Assembly (NCBI GenBank): GCA_035505915.1
Contig: DATJQI010000057.1
Span: 11,774-75,773, forward strand
Reading direction: 5' to 3'
From: Gemmatimonadales bacterium
GTDB lineage: Bacteria; Gemmatimonadota; Gemmatimonadetes; Gemmatimonadales; GWC2-71-9
Length of the DNA: 64,000 nucleotides
Shown: positions 16,163 to 25,040 of the stretch, piece by piece
Position numbering within the stretch: position 1 is the first letter of the stretch
Layout of the letters: every line of letters begins with the position of its first letter
The notes under the pieces: model-generated
Database searches by the model: none
What the model saw: the letters and a program-made list of their open reading frames with translations, nothing else
What the model was told of the DNA's origin: nothing
Translations under genes and position numbers: made by a program

Positions 16163-18581
16163 GACGCTTCGGGTCGTCGGCAAGGCCCACCGGAAGGTGG
16201 ACGCCGTCGGGAAAGTCACCGGCGTACTGAAGTACGCCGACGATCTCTCGCTGCCGCGGATGCTCTACGGGAAGCTGCTCCGCTCTCCCCACCCCCACGC
16301 GCGCATCGTCTCCATCGACACGTCGAAGGCCCTCGCGCTGGACGGCGTGAAGGCGGCGCTCACGGGCCAGGACCTGCCGATCCCGTTCGGCATCCTCCCG
16401 GTGAGCCAGGACGAGCACGCCCTGTGCCCCGACCGGGTCCGGTTCGTCGGCGACCCCGTGGCGGCGGTCGCGGCCACCACCGAGGAAGCCGCGACCGCCG
16501 CGCTCGACCTCATCGACGTGAAGTACGAGCTCCTGCCCGCCATCGCGTCCCCGGAGGAGGCGATCACGACACCGGAGCCGCGCATCCATGACTACGGGGA
16601 CTCGGGAAACCTCCACAAGGTCATCAATCTCGAGTTCGGGGACGTCGAAGCGGGATTCGCCGAGGCGGATCACGTCCGGGAGGACCTGTTCTTCTTCGAG
16701 GGGAACACCCATCTCCCGATGGAGCAGCACGCCGCGCTGGCGGAGTGGTCGGCGGACGGGAAGGTGACCCTCTGGAGCTCGACTCAGACGCCGCACTACG
16801 TGCACCGCGCCCTGGCCAAGGTGTTGGAGCTGCCCCCCGCGCGGGTCCGCGTCATCGCCTGCCCCAACGGCGGCGGCTTCGGGGGCAAGAGCGACCCGTT
16901 CAACCACGAAATCGTGGCATGCAAGCTGGCGATGATCACGGGCCGGCCGGTGAAGATCACCCTGACGCGTGAAGAGGTCTTCTACTGCCACCGGGGCCGC
17001 CACCCGACCCTGATGTGGGTGAAGACCGGCGTGACGAAGGACGGCGCCATCACGGGGATGCATTTCAAGTCACTGCTCGACGGCGGCGGGTACGGCTCGT
17101 ACGGTGTGGCCAGCACCTACTACACGGGGGCCCTGCAGACCGTCACCTATCCGGTGCGGCGCTACAAGTTCCAGGGCGCCCGGGCGTTCACCAACAAGCC
17201 TCCCTGCGGTCCCAAGCGGGGGCACGGCACGCCCCAACCCCGCTTCGCGCTCGAAGTGCACCTCGACAAGATCGCCGAAGACCTGAAGCTGGATCCGGCC
17301 GAGCTCCGTCTGAAGCACCTGGTGCCCCCGCAGTCCCTCACCGCCAACTATCTGCGGGTCGGGTCGATGGGACTCGGTACCTGCATCGAGAAGGTGGTCG
17401 CGGGCTCCGGCTGGAGGCAGAAGTTCCGCAAGCTGCCGCTCGGGAAGGGCGTGGGGCTCGCCTGCTCGTCGTACATCTCGGGCGCCGGCCTGCCCATCTA
17501 CTGGAACAACATGCCGCACTCGGGTGTGCAGCTGAAGTGCGATCGGGGCGGCGGGGTCACGGTATTCTGCGGCTCCACCGACATCGGCCAGGGGTCCGAT
17601 TCGATCCTCGCGTACATCACGGCCGAGGTGCTGGGGATCGATCCCTTCGAGATCCGGGTCGTGACCGCCGATACCGACCTCACGCCCGTGGACCTGGGCA
17701 GCTACTCCTCGCGCGTCACCTTGATGAGCGGGAACGCCGCGCTCCAGGCCGCGGAGCGGGCCCGCGAGATCATCGCTCCCCACGCGGCCGCGAAGTTGAA
17801 GATTCCCGTGAGCGAGCTGGTGTTCGCGGGGGGCCGGGTCTTTCACGCGGAGGATCCCGAGAACGGGATGGCCTTCGCGGAAGCGGTGCAGGCGGCCGAG
17901 GCGGCGGTGGGGACGGTGGGATCGGTGGGGTCGTATACACCGCCGAAGAGCGCGGGGCGCTACCGGGGCGCCGGCGTCGGGCCGTCGCCGGCCTACTCGT
18001 ACAGCGCGGCCGTGGCCGAGGTGGACGTGGATCCCGACACCGGCATCGTGCGGGTGCCCAAGATCTGGGTGGCGCACGACGTCGGGCGCTGCATCAACGC
18101 CGCCACCGTGATCGGCCAGGTGGAGGGCGGCGTGTACATGGGGTTGGGCGAGGCCCTGATGGAAGAAATGGTGTACCGCGGGAACCGGAACGTGGTGCAC
18201 AAGATTCCGAGCCTGCTCGAATACAAGAGCCCGACGACCCTCGAGATGTGCGACGTGGTCACCTACATCATCGAGGATCCGGATCCCAACGGGCCGTTCG
18301 GCGCCAAAGAGGTGGGTCAGGGTCCCCTGCTCCCCGTGATGCCCGCGGTCGCCAATGCCGTCTACGACGCGGTGGGCGTGCGCGTAGACGAGATCCCGGT
18401 GTCACCCGAGAAGGTTTTGAAGGCGCTGAAGAAGAAGGCCAAGGGCGAAGCCCCCCGCGTGGGCCCCGACAGGTTCCCCGACGTCCCCTGGCCCGAGCCC
18501 ACTCGTGTCGCGACGCCGTGGGAGGGTGGCGACGGCAAGGGCGAAGCGGTGACGGCCCACGCCCCGGAGCGGCAGCACTGA
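16149..18581 (+). CDS. Molybdopterin-binding large subunit (xanthine dehydrogenase/aldehyde oxidase/4-hydroxybenzoyl-CoA reductase alpha-like)
   Basis: 810 aa. It has the typical N-terminal hammerhead region (GKAHRKVDAVGKVTG...YADD) and GGGFGGKS. The C-terminal roughly 60 aa are an extension without an obvious motif. Confidence 0.9.
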   Translation: MAADKTLRVVGKAHRKVDAVGKVTGVLKYADDLSLPRMLYGKLLRSPHPHARIVSIDTSKALALDGVKAALTGQDLPIPFGILPVSQDEHALCPDRVRFVGDPVAAVAATTEEAATAALDLIDVKYELLPAIASPEEAITTPEPRIHDYGDSGNLHKVINLEFGDVEAGFAEADHVREDLFFFEGNTHLPMEQHAALAEWSADGKVTLWSSTQTPHYVHRALAKVLELPPARVRVIACPNGGGFGGKSDPFNHEIVACKLAMITGRPVKITLTREEVFYCHRGRHPTLMWVKTGVTKDGAITGMHFKSLLDGGGYGSYGVASTYYTGALQTVTYPVRRYKFQGARAFTNKPPCGPKRGHGTPQPRFALEVHLDKIAEDLKLDPAELRLKHLVPPQSLTANYLRVGSMGLGTCIEKVVAGSGWRQKFRKLPLGKGVGLACSSYISGAGLPIYWNNMPHSGVQLKCDRGGGVTVFCGSTDIGQGSDSILAYITAEVLGIDPFEIRVVTADTDLTPVDLGSYSSRVTLMSGNAALQAAERAREIIAPHAAAKLKIPVSELVFAGGRVFHAEDPENGMAFAEAVQAAEAAVGTVGSVGSYTPPKSAGRYRGAGVGPSPAYSYSAAVAEVDVDPDTGIVRVPKIWVAHDVGRCINAATVIGQVEGGVYMGLGEALMEEMVYRGNRNVVHKIPSLLEYKSPTTLEMCDVVTYIIEDPDPNGPFGAKEVGQGPLLPVMPAVANAVYDAVGVRVDEIPVSPEKVLKALKKKAKGEAPRVGPDRFPDVPWPEPTRVATPWEGGDGKGEAVTAHAPERQH

Positions 18582-19549
18582 TGCTCCGACTTCCTTCGTT
18601 CAAGTTCCTCGTCCCCGCCACCCTGGGCGACGCCGTGAAATGGAAGGTCGACAGCGGTCCCGCCGGCACGTACGTCGCCGGCGGGACCGATCTGTATCCC
18701 AACATGAAGCGGCGCCAGCAGGTCCCGGCGACGGTCATCTCCCTGGCCGGTATCCCGGAGCTCCGCCGGATCTCTCCGACCTCCCTGGGATCGGGCGTGA
18801 CGCTGTCCGCGCTGTCGGCGTCCCTGCCGGCCGGGTTGTCCGCCATCGCGACCGCGGCCGCGTCGGTTTCGACTCCCCTGCTCCGCAACATGGGAACGCT
18901 GGGCGGCAATCTCTGTCTCGACACCCGCTGCAACTACTACGACCAGTCGTACGAGTGGCGGAAGGCGATCCACTTCTGCATGAAGAAGGACGGAGACACG
19001 TGCTGGGTGGCGCCGTCGTCGCCGCGCTGCTGGGCCGTCAACTCCTCGGACGTCGCGCCGGTGATGGTCGCGATCGGCGCCGAGTATCGCCTGGTCGGCC
19101 CCAAGGGCGAGCGGGTGGTGCCGGCGGCGCGTTTTTACCACAACGACGGGATCAACTACCTCACCAAGCAACCGGACGAGATCCTGGCCGAGGTCCGCGT
19201 GCCGCCTGTGGGCGGGTGGGACGCGGTCTATCACAAGCTCCGGCGGCGGGGATCCTTCGATTTCCCGGTGCTGGGCGTCGCGGCGTGGATCAGGTGGAGC
19301 GGAAAGTCGGTGGCCGAGGCCCGGGTGGTGCTCGGGGGCGTCGCGAGCCACCCGCAGGAGATTCCCGAAGCGGCCGCGGCGCTGGCGGGCTCCGGGCTCG
19401 AAGACGAGGCCATCGAAAAGGCGGCGGAGGCGGCCTTCCGGCCCGCCAAGCCCATGGACAACACCGACTTCGACCTCTCGTGGCGGAAGCAGATGACCCG
19501 CGTGTACGTCAGGCGGGCACTCGAGGAGCTGCGGGGTCGCCATCGCTAG
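18581..19549 (+). CDS. FAD-binding medium subunit with Cys-rich insertion (HcrB-like)
   Basis: The ATG shares one base with the upstream TGA (TGATG). It has AGGTDLYP and LRNMGTLGGNL, followed by the roughly 40-aa insertion CLDTRCNYYDQSYEWRKAIHFCMKKDGDTCWVAPSSPRC. Confidence 0.85.
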   Translation: MLRLPSFKFLVPATLGDAVKWKVDSGPAGTYVAGGTDLYPNMKRRQQVPATVISLAGIPELRRISPTSLGSGVTLSALSASLPAGLSAIATAAASVSTPLLRNMGTLGGNLCLDTRCNYYDQSYEWRKAIHFCMKKDGDTCWVAPSSPRCWAVNSSDVAPVMVAIGAEYRLVGPKGERVVPAARFYHNDGINYLTKQPDEILAEVRVPPVGGWDAVYHKLRRRGSFDFPVLGVAAWIRWSGKSVAEARVVLGGVASHPQEIPEAAAALAGSGLEDEAIEKAAEAAFRPAKPMDNTDFDLSWRKQMTRVYVRRALEELRGRHR

Positions 19550-19694
19550 CGCGGCGGCCCCCCAATCCGGAAAGCTCCTCCGCGTCCTGGGGCTCGCCTT
19601 CGGGCTGGCCATCGGGATCGGCGGGACCATCGGCGCCGGGATTCTCCGGACCCCCGGCGACATCGCCAGCTACCTGCCCAGTGCCGCCTGGATC

Positions 19695-20879
19695 ATGTCC
19701 CTCTGGGTGGGGGGCGGGATCTACTGCTTCATTTGTTCGGACGTCTTCTCGGAGCTGGGCACGGCGATCCCCCGCTCGGGCGGGCTGTACACGTTCGCCC
19801 AGCGCGGCCTCGGCAACTTCGCCGGATTCCTCCTCGGCTACACCGACTCGGCCAGCATCTGCGCGGCGAACGCGGCGCTCGGCATCGTCATCGGCGAGTA
19901 CCTGGGCGTGCTGGTGCCGACGGTGGCCGGGCACGAGGTGCTCATCGCGGCGGCGGTGATTCTGATGCTGGGGGGGCTCAACTGGGTCGGCATCCGCTGG
20001 GGCTCGGCCATTCAGCAGGGCACCACGCTCATCAAGACCCTGGCGTTTCTGGCCCTGATCGTGGCCTGCTTCGCCATCACGCCGCACGCCGCGGCCCCGG
20101 CGCCCCCGCCGCCCCTGTTCCCTTCGGGCCTCAAGCTGGCCACGGCCCTGCTCCTGGCGGTGCAGGGCGTGGTGTTCACGTACGACAGCTACTACTACGT
20201 CATCTATTCATCCGAAGAGATCGAGAATCCCGGGCGGGTCATCCCGCGCGCGATCTTCGGCGCGATCTCCCTGATCACCGGGATCTACATCCTCCTCAAC
20301 ATCGCGTTTCTGAGGCTCCTGCCCATCGGCGCGATGGCGGGAGACAAGTTCGTGGGGGGGAGCGCGACCGCGCTGGTGTTCGGGCCCGCGGGCGACACCG
20401 TCATCCGTGTGATCGTCATCATCTCGATCTTCGGCACGATCAACGCCTATATGGTGGCGGCGCCCCGGATCCTGCTCTCCATGGCCCGGGACGGGCTGTT
20501 CGCCGGGTGGGCGACCCGGGTCAATCCCGGCGGGACTCCGACGATCGGGCTGGTGGTGGGCATGGCGGCGTCCCTCGGATTCCTGCTGACCAGGACGTTC
20601 GAGCGGACCCTGGCGGTTGGGGCGTTCTTCATCGTCTTCAATTACGCGCTCGCCTTCGCCGCGTATTTCGGCCTGAGAAAGAAGGAGCCGGGCCTCGAAC
20701 GTCCGTATCGGGCCCGGCCCTGGACTGGCGTGCTGGCGATCTGCGGTGCCGTCGTATTTCTCATCGCGGCGGTGGTCACCGACACGACCAATAGTCTGAT
20801 CGCTCTCGCGGTGGTGGCGGCGGCGTGGCCCATCTTCCTGGTCGTCCGCAGCACCACGCGCCCGGCGCCCGCTCGCTAG
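19695..20879 (+). CDS. APC-superfamily amino acid permease (coordinates from first canonical ATG; true start probably upstream, at or before 19587)
   Basis: Polytopic permease. The same frame is open from 19497 and encodes ...KLLRVLGLAFGLAIGIGGTIGAGILRTP..., a typical APC TM1 with the GxG motif, upstream of the first ATG/GTG/TTG. Confidence 0.8.
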   Translation: MSLWVGGGIYCFICSDVFSELGTAIPRSGGLYTFAQRGLGNFAGFLLGYTDSASICAANAALGIVIGEYLGVLVPTVAGHEVLIAAAVILMLGGLNWVGIRWGSAIQQGTTLIKTLAFLALIVACFAITPHAAAPAPPPPLFPSGLKLATALLLAVQGVVFTYDSYYYVIYSSEEIENPGRVIPRAIFGAISLITGIYILLNIAFLRLLPIGAMAGDKFVGGSATALVFGPAGDTVIRVIVIISIFGTINAYMVAAPRILLSMARDGLFAGWATRVNPGGTPTIGLVVGMAASLGFLLTRTFERTLAVGAFFIVFNYALAFAAYFGLRKKEPGLERPYRARPWTGVLAICGAVVFLIAAVVTDTTNSLIALAVVAAAWPIFLVVRSTTRPAPAR

Positions 20880-21427
20880 CTGGTCGCGAGGCCTTCCACC
20901 TCGGCGCCCGCTTTTTCCAGAATCTCGGCGACCCGCTTGCGGATGGCCTCATCCCGGGCCCGCCAGCTGGTCTTGTACGCGGTGCGCACCAGGCGCCCGA
21001 TGGCCCGATTGACGTCCCCCATGGCGCCGCCCAGCGCGTCGTCCACGGCATCCCGCACGCGATCGAAGATCTCGTCTACCACGTCCTTGTGCTCGTCGAG
21101 AAACGCGAGACCCTGGTCCGTGATCCCGTACACCTTCTTACCGTCGACTTCCTGGACCTTGACCAGTCCTTCGTCCTCGAGCCACTGCAGCGTGGGGTAG
21201 ACGGTGCCGGGAGACGGCGAGTAGCAGCCGTGCATCCGCTCCTCCAGCTCCTTCATGACTTCGTAGCCGTGCCGCGGCTTGTCGCGGAGCAGCTTGAGGA
21301 TCACGTACTTCATGTCTCCGGCTTCAAACCACTGGCGCCGGCGGGGGCCGTGCCGGCCGCCGCGAAAGCCAAATCCCTTGGGGCCGAACCCGAACGAGAA
21401 CCCCTCCCAGCCTCCTTGACGATGCAT
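20876..21427 (-). CDS. PadR-family transcriptional regulator
   Basis: Winged-helix core LKYVILKLLRDKPRHGYEVMKELEERM...GTVYPTLQWLEDEGLV. The Gly/Phe-rich N-terminal tail is common in this family. SD AAGGAGAG upstream. Confidence 0.88.
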   Translation of the reverse strand: MHRQGGWEGFSFGFGPKGFGFRGGRHGPRRRQWFEAGDMKYVILKLLRDKPRHGYEVMKELEERMHGCYSPSPGTVYPTLQWLEDEGLVKVQEVDGKKVYGITDQGLAFLDEHKDVVDEIFDRVRDAVDDALGGAMGDVNRAIGRLVRTAYKTSWRARDEAIRKRVAEILEKAGAEVEGLATS

Positions 21428-21478
21428 ATTCTCTCCTTGCTCGATACTACGTGGCGATATGTCATACGATACGTCTTT

Positions 21479-21507
21479 ATGATATATCGCACGATATATC
21501 TTGTCAA
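21479..21507 (-). promoter_or_regulatory. Candidate padR promoter with embedded palindromic operator repeats
   Basis: The minus strand reads TTGACA (21507-21502), a 17-nt spacer, then TATCAT (21484-21479). The spacer and -10 region contain two copies of the 8-bp palindrome GATATATC (21481-21488 and 21493-21500). Confidence 0.45.
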
Positions 21508-21533
21508 GCGGAGAAGAATCGCCCCTTCCGGCC

Positions 21534-22709
21534 TCACTTCAGCAGAGCAGCAAGTGCGGTGAAATCAAAGGACTCCCTGATTCGCGCGAACAAGGCGGAC
21601 GCGCCGTCGTCACCGCTCTGCACCACCGCCTGCACCGAAAGCAGCTGGACCGCGGACCGGGGAAGCCCGGCGTTGAAGAGCGCCGGATTGGGGGCCACGA
21701 GCTGGCGGGCATCGGTCGCGCCGGCCGGCGCGAGATCGAGCACGCCGGCGTCCGACGCCTTCACCCACGCGGGCGCGGCGCGCAGGCCCGCCGGCATCCC
21801 CTTGAGCTCCGCATCGTAGTGATCGGCCAGTGCCCGCACCGTGTCGAGCGCCGTCTGCTCCGCGCGCCGCATCGCCGTGAATCCGTTTCCCGAATCGGCG
21901 CTCGCGGCCTGCTCCTTCAGCGCGGCCCCCATCGTCGCCTGCGCGGTGTCGAAGGCCGCGAGCGCCTGCTTCCGCATGTCGGCGGAGAGGGCCGCGAGTC
22001 CGGCCGCGAGAGAGTCCCGCTGCCGCTTGCGCACCGGGGCATCGGCAACCCACTTCCGGTACTCGACCCGCGGATCCGCACTGTCGATCGCCGCCATCGA
22101 GACGGCGCGCAGGCGGGCCCTGAGCGTGTCCCGCGCATCCCGGAGAAACCGCTCCCGGGACACCGGCGCGTACACAGCCACTCCGCGCCGGGCGAGCACG
22201 AGGCACCCCGAATCGGGCGAGTACGCTCGAACCCCACGGACCGTGGCCGATTCCGCGGGGGCGTCGTAGTAGACGGACCCGAGGCTGTCCGTGAAAGCCA
22301 CCTCGTGACTCTGCCAGATGCAGGACGGGTCGTTCACGGCGACGTCCACCGAGGGGCCGGCGTCCTGGGGAACCACCGCGCCGGAGTCGTCGTGGTGAAG
22401 AAACAGAATGCTCACCCGCACGAGACCGGTGAAGGGCCGTCGCGCCGGGACCAGCTCGCGTTCGATGTAGGGATCGGCCACGAAGCCCTTGGGCTGAGCC
22501 AGCGGCGCCGCGCGCCGCACGATGGCCAGGATGCCGTCCAGGCTGGTGGCGAAAGGCTCGAGATCGGGACCATCCGCGGGATCGCCGCCCGGCAGGTTCC
22601 GGTTGGCGGGCTTCCAATAGCCGGCCCTGGTGAGGAGCGTCGGGTCGCTCTGGGCGAAGGCGGGGGCGGTGGCCACCGCGGCGATCAGGAGCAGGGAGAG
22701 ACGGCGCAC
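21534..22709 (-). CDS. Secreted hypothetical protein (391 aa)
   Basis: A GTG start gives the signal peptide (M)RRLSLLLIAAVATAPAFAQ. Strong GC3 bias. No recognisable catalytic motif. Confidence 0.6.
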   Translation of the reverse strand: MRRLSLLLIAAVATAPAFAQSDPTLLTRAGYWKPANRNLPGGDPADGPDLEPFATSLDGILAIVRRAAPLAQPKGFVADPYIERELVPARRPFTGLVRVSILFLHHDDSGAVVPQDAGPSVDVAVNDPSCIWQSHEVAFTDSLGSVYYDAPAESATVRGVRAYSPDSGCLVLARRGVAVYAPVSRERFLRDARDTLRARLRAVSMAAIDSADPRVEYRKWVADAPVRKRQRDSLAAGLAALSADMRKQALAAFDTAQATMGAALKEQAASADSGNGFTAMRRAEQTALDTVRALADHYDAELKGMPAGLRAAPAWVKASDAGVLDLAPAGATDARQLVAPNPALFNAGLPRSAVQLLSVQAVVQSGDDGASALFARIRESFDFTALAALLK

Positions 22710-22765
22710 GGGCCGGTCCGGGGAGAGGATGCTGGAAATGGCGGCGTGAACCCGGGAAACGCAAC

Positions 22766-22792
22766 GGGGGCTCCGGCACCGCCGGAGCCCCC
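22766..22792 (-). terminator. GC-rich hairpin between the PDZ gene and the downstream secreted-protein gene (possible attenuator/terminator)
   Basis: Perfect 11-bp stem GGGGGCTCCGG / CCGGAGCCCCC with a 5-nt loop. On the transcribed strand it is followed by GUUGCGUUUCCC, only a weak U-tract. Confidence 0.35.
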
Positions 22793-22816
22793 GACCGACC
22801 AGCCCGCCCGAACGGG

Positions 22817-23782
22817 CTAGATCACGCGCTCACGAGTGCGGCGCTCGAGCAACCGCACCCGGTCGGCCTGACTCCGGTAGGCGCCTTCTTCGGACCGCGC
22901 CCGGGGCGCTTTCATCCGGACGCGGTCGCGCTCCTCCGGATTCGGTACCTTCCAGGTCACGGTCTGCCGCTTCTGGTGACGCATGATCTCGATCTGCACG
23001 CTCTCGCCCACGTCGTAGGACCGCAGAATCCGCATCGCGTGCGCCGGCGAGGTCGGCTTCCGGTCGCCGATCGACAGGATCACGTCGCCGCTCTTGAGCG
23101 GCAGGGTGGAATCCTCGGTGGCCTTCACCACCAGGAGCCCGTCGTGCGTGCCGAAGTAATCCCCCAGGTCGGAGTTGAGGGAGACCAGCTCGAGGTTGCA
23201 CCAGCTGTCCCCGAAGCAGAATCCCATGCCGTTACCCGAGCCCCAGTCCTGGACGATGCTCGGGGCCAGGTCCCCGAAGGGGGCCGTCTCCACCCGAGGC
23301 ATCGGAGGCATCGCGAAGCTGAATCCGGTCGACGGCATGGTGCCGTTCAGCGAATAGGTCACGTCTTCCGCGACCAGCGTGGCCTTCTTGGTATCCGCGC
23401 CGCGCCGGTATTCGAGCTGCACGGTGTCGCCCGGGTCGAGAGCCTGGGCCAGCTCCACGAGCTTGTTGCCGGGGCCGGACTCATCCGAGTCCTCGGACCG
23501 CACGTTGGCGAGCGAAACACCGTTGAACTTCGTGACCACATCTCCGGCGCGGAGCCCGGCCTTCTCGGCGGGTCCGCCCGGGGTGATCGCGGACAGGCGC
23601 GCCCCGATCTTGTCGGAGTCGGCGTCCGCGCCGGTGGCGACCACGACCCCGATCCGGGCATGGCTCCCGCTCAGCGTGTACACCATCCCTCCGGAGCGCG
23701 GCGCCACGGCGCGTGGCCGTTGCGCGGCGGCCAGTGCCGGCAGCGCCAGCGTGATCCCCAGGGAAAGCAGCGTGCGATTCAT
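22817..23782 (-). CDS. Secreted double-PDZ-domain protein without protease domain
   Basis: Signal peptide MNRTLLSLGITLALPALAAAQ. Two PDZ-like segments (GGPAEKAGLRAGDVVTKFNG...; LPLKSGDVILSIGD...). Basic C-terminal tail. No His/Asp/Ser trypsin-like domain is visible. Confidence 0.72.
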   Translation of the reverse strand: MNRTLLSLGITLALPALAAAQRPRAVAPRSGGMVYTLSGSHARIGVVVATGADADSDKIGARLSAITPGGPAEKAGLRAGDVVTKFNGVSLANVRSEDSDESGPGNKLVELAQALDPGDTVQLEYRRGADTKKATLVAEDVTYSLNGTMPSTGFSFAMPPMPRVETAPFGDLAPSIVQDWGSGNGMGFCFGDSWCNLELVSLNSDLGDYFGTHDGLLVVKATEDSTLPLKSGDVILSIGDRKPTSPAHAMRILRSYDVGESVQIEIMRHQKRQTVTWKVPNPEERDRVRMKAPRARSEEGAYRSQADRVRLLERRTRERVI

Positions 23783-23804
23783 GTTGCCTCGTTCCTTCCG
23801 GAGC

Positions 23805-24377
23805 CTAGAGCCCCACGTATGAGGCCCGGACGACTCGGACCTGGACCAGTTGATTCATCAGGTTCACCCGCTGCTGCCAGAGCTGCAGCTGGGCGTCGAC
23901 ACCGCTGACACTCCGCGTCCCCAGCTGCCCGTCGATCGCGGCGATCTGATCCTCGAGCTGAGCGATCACCGCGGCGTCCCGCCCGGTCAGCACGCGGCCC
24001 TCGGACGCGGACGACCGCAGCCGGTCCTCGAGCTGCGCCGACGTGGCGCGGGCGCGGGCCAGCTCACCCGCGCGGGCTGAGGGAGGCGCGAAGGGGCGGA
24101 AGACCATCACCCCGGCGAGGACGGCCGCGGCCGCCATCGACCACCCGGCCCACCGGGTGTTCCGGCGCCGCCGCGCGGCCAGCACAGCGGTCCGGATTTC
24201 GGGCCAGCGGTCCCGCGCCGGCGACCGCGGCGGCAGCGCCTTCAGCTGCGCCATCCGCTGGTACAGCGCCTCGAGCTCCTTCCGGCACGCCTCGCAGCCG
24301 TCCGCATGCCGCCGGGCCCAGGCCGAGCCTTCGTTGTCCCGGAGGGCCAGCAGGTCATCCATCGTACAGTGCGTCAT
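23805..24377 (-). CDS. Anti-sigma factor (zf-HC2 type, single TM)
   Basis: H-x3-C-x2-C motif HADGCEAC near the N-terminus. TM segment WSMAAAAVLAGVMVF. Directly abuts the sigma gene stop. Confidence 0.78.
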   Translation of the reverse strand: MTHCTMDDLLALRDNEGSAWARRHADGCEACRKELEALYQRMAQLKALPPRSPARDRWPEIRTAVLAARRRRNTRWAGWSMAAAAVLAGVMVFRPFAPPSARAGELARARATSAQLEDRLRSSASEGRVLTGRDAAVIAQLEDQIAAIDGQLGTRSVSGVDAQLQLWQQRVNLMNQLVQVRVVRASYVGL

Positions 24378-24914
24378 CTAGGCCTCCGGCCCGGCGGCGA
24401 GCAGCTTCCGCAGTCGCGCGTGCGACCGAGCCAGCTGGGATTTCGAGAAGCTCACCGTCTTACCCATCATCTCCGCGATCTCTTCGTGCGTGTAGCCTTC
24501 GACATCGTGCATCCAGACCACCGCCCGCCCGGTGTCGCTCAGGTGCTCGAGCGCGCGCTCCAGATCGAGGTTCATGCCCACCGCCGCCGCCGGCGCGCCG
24601 CCCGCCGTGGTCTCGTCGAACTCGTCGGCGGCCCGGACCGCCTCGCGACGGATCTTCATCAGGGCCTTGGACGCGGCGATCTGCCGTACCCAGCCCCACA
24701 AGTGCCCGTCGCCCCGGTAGGTCCCGATGCTCTTGACCACCTCCAGGAACGTCTCCTGCAGCACGTCTTCCGCGTCCTCGGCGTTCCGGAGGATCCGCCG
24801 CGCCAGGTTGTAAACCGGCGTCTCGAAGGCGCGGTAGAGCCCCTCGAGGGCGTCGAGGTCGCCGCTCTTGGCGCGGGCAACCAGGATGTCCGAAACGGCA
24901 AGTGAGATGGTCAT
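24378..24914 (-). CDS. ECF (sigma-70 group 4) RNA polymerase sigma factor
   Basis: Region 2 (LYRAFETPVYNLARRILRNAEDAEDVLQETFLEV) and region 4 HTH (GYTHEEIAEMMGKTVSFSKSQLARSHARLRKLL). Confidence 0.9.
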   Translation of the reverse strand: MTISLAVSDILVARAKSGDLDALEGLYRAFETPVYNLARRILRNAEDAEDVLQETFLEVVKSIGTYRGDGHLWGWVRQIAASKALMKIRREAVRAADEFDETTAGGAPAAAVGMNLDLERALEHLSDTGRAVVWMHDVEGYTHEEIAEMMGKTVSFSKSQLARSHARLRKLLAAGPEA

Positions 24915-24963
24915 CTCCCGTAAGGTATGATGCGCGTAGGGGGTAGCCCGTCGCAGTTCGGGA

Positions 24964-25040
24964 GCCGGGAGGCGGGAGCCGTCGAAGTCCCGCTAACGGA
25001 AGCTCCCCCTCCCGGACTCAGACGGCTCCCGGCTCCCGGC
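24964..25040. other. Long imperfect inverted repeat (19 of 20 bp stem, 37-nt loop) in the divergent intergenic region
   Basis: Positions 24964-24983 pair with 25021-25040 with one mismatch (24972/25032). The repeat lies 58 nt upstream of the ATG at 25098 and 50 nt upstream of the sigma gene start. Confidence 0.6.
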
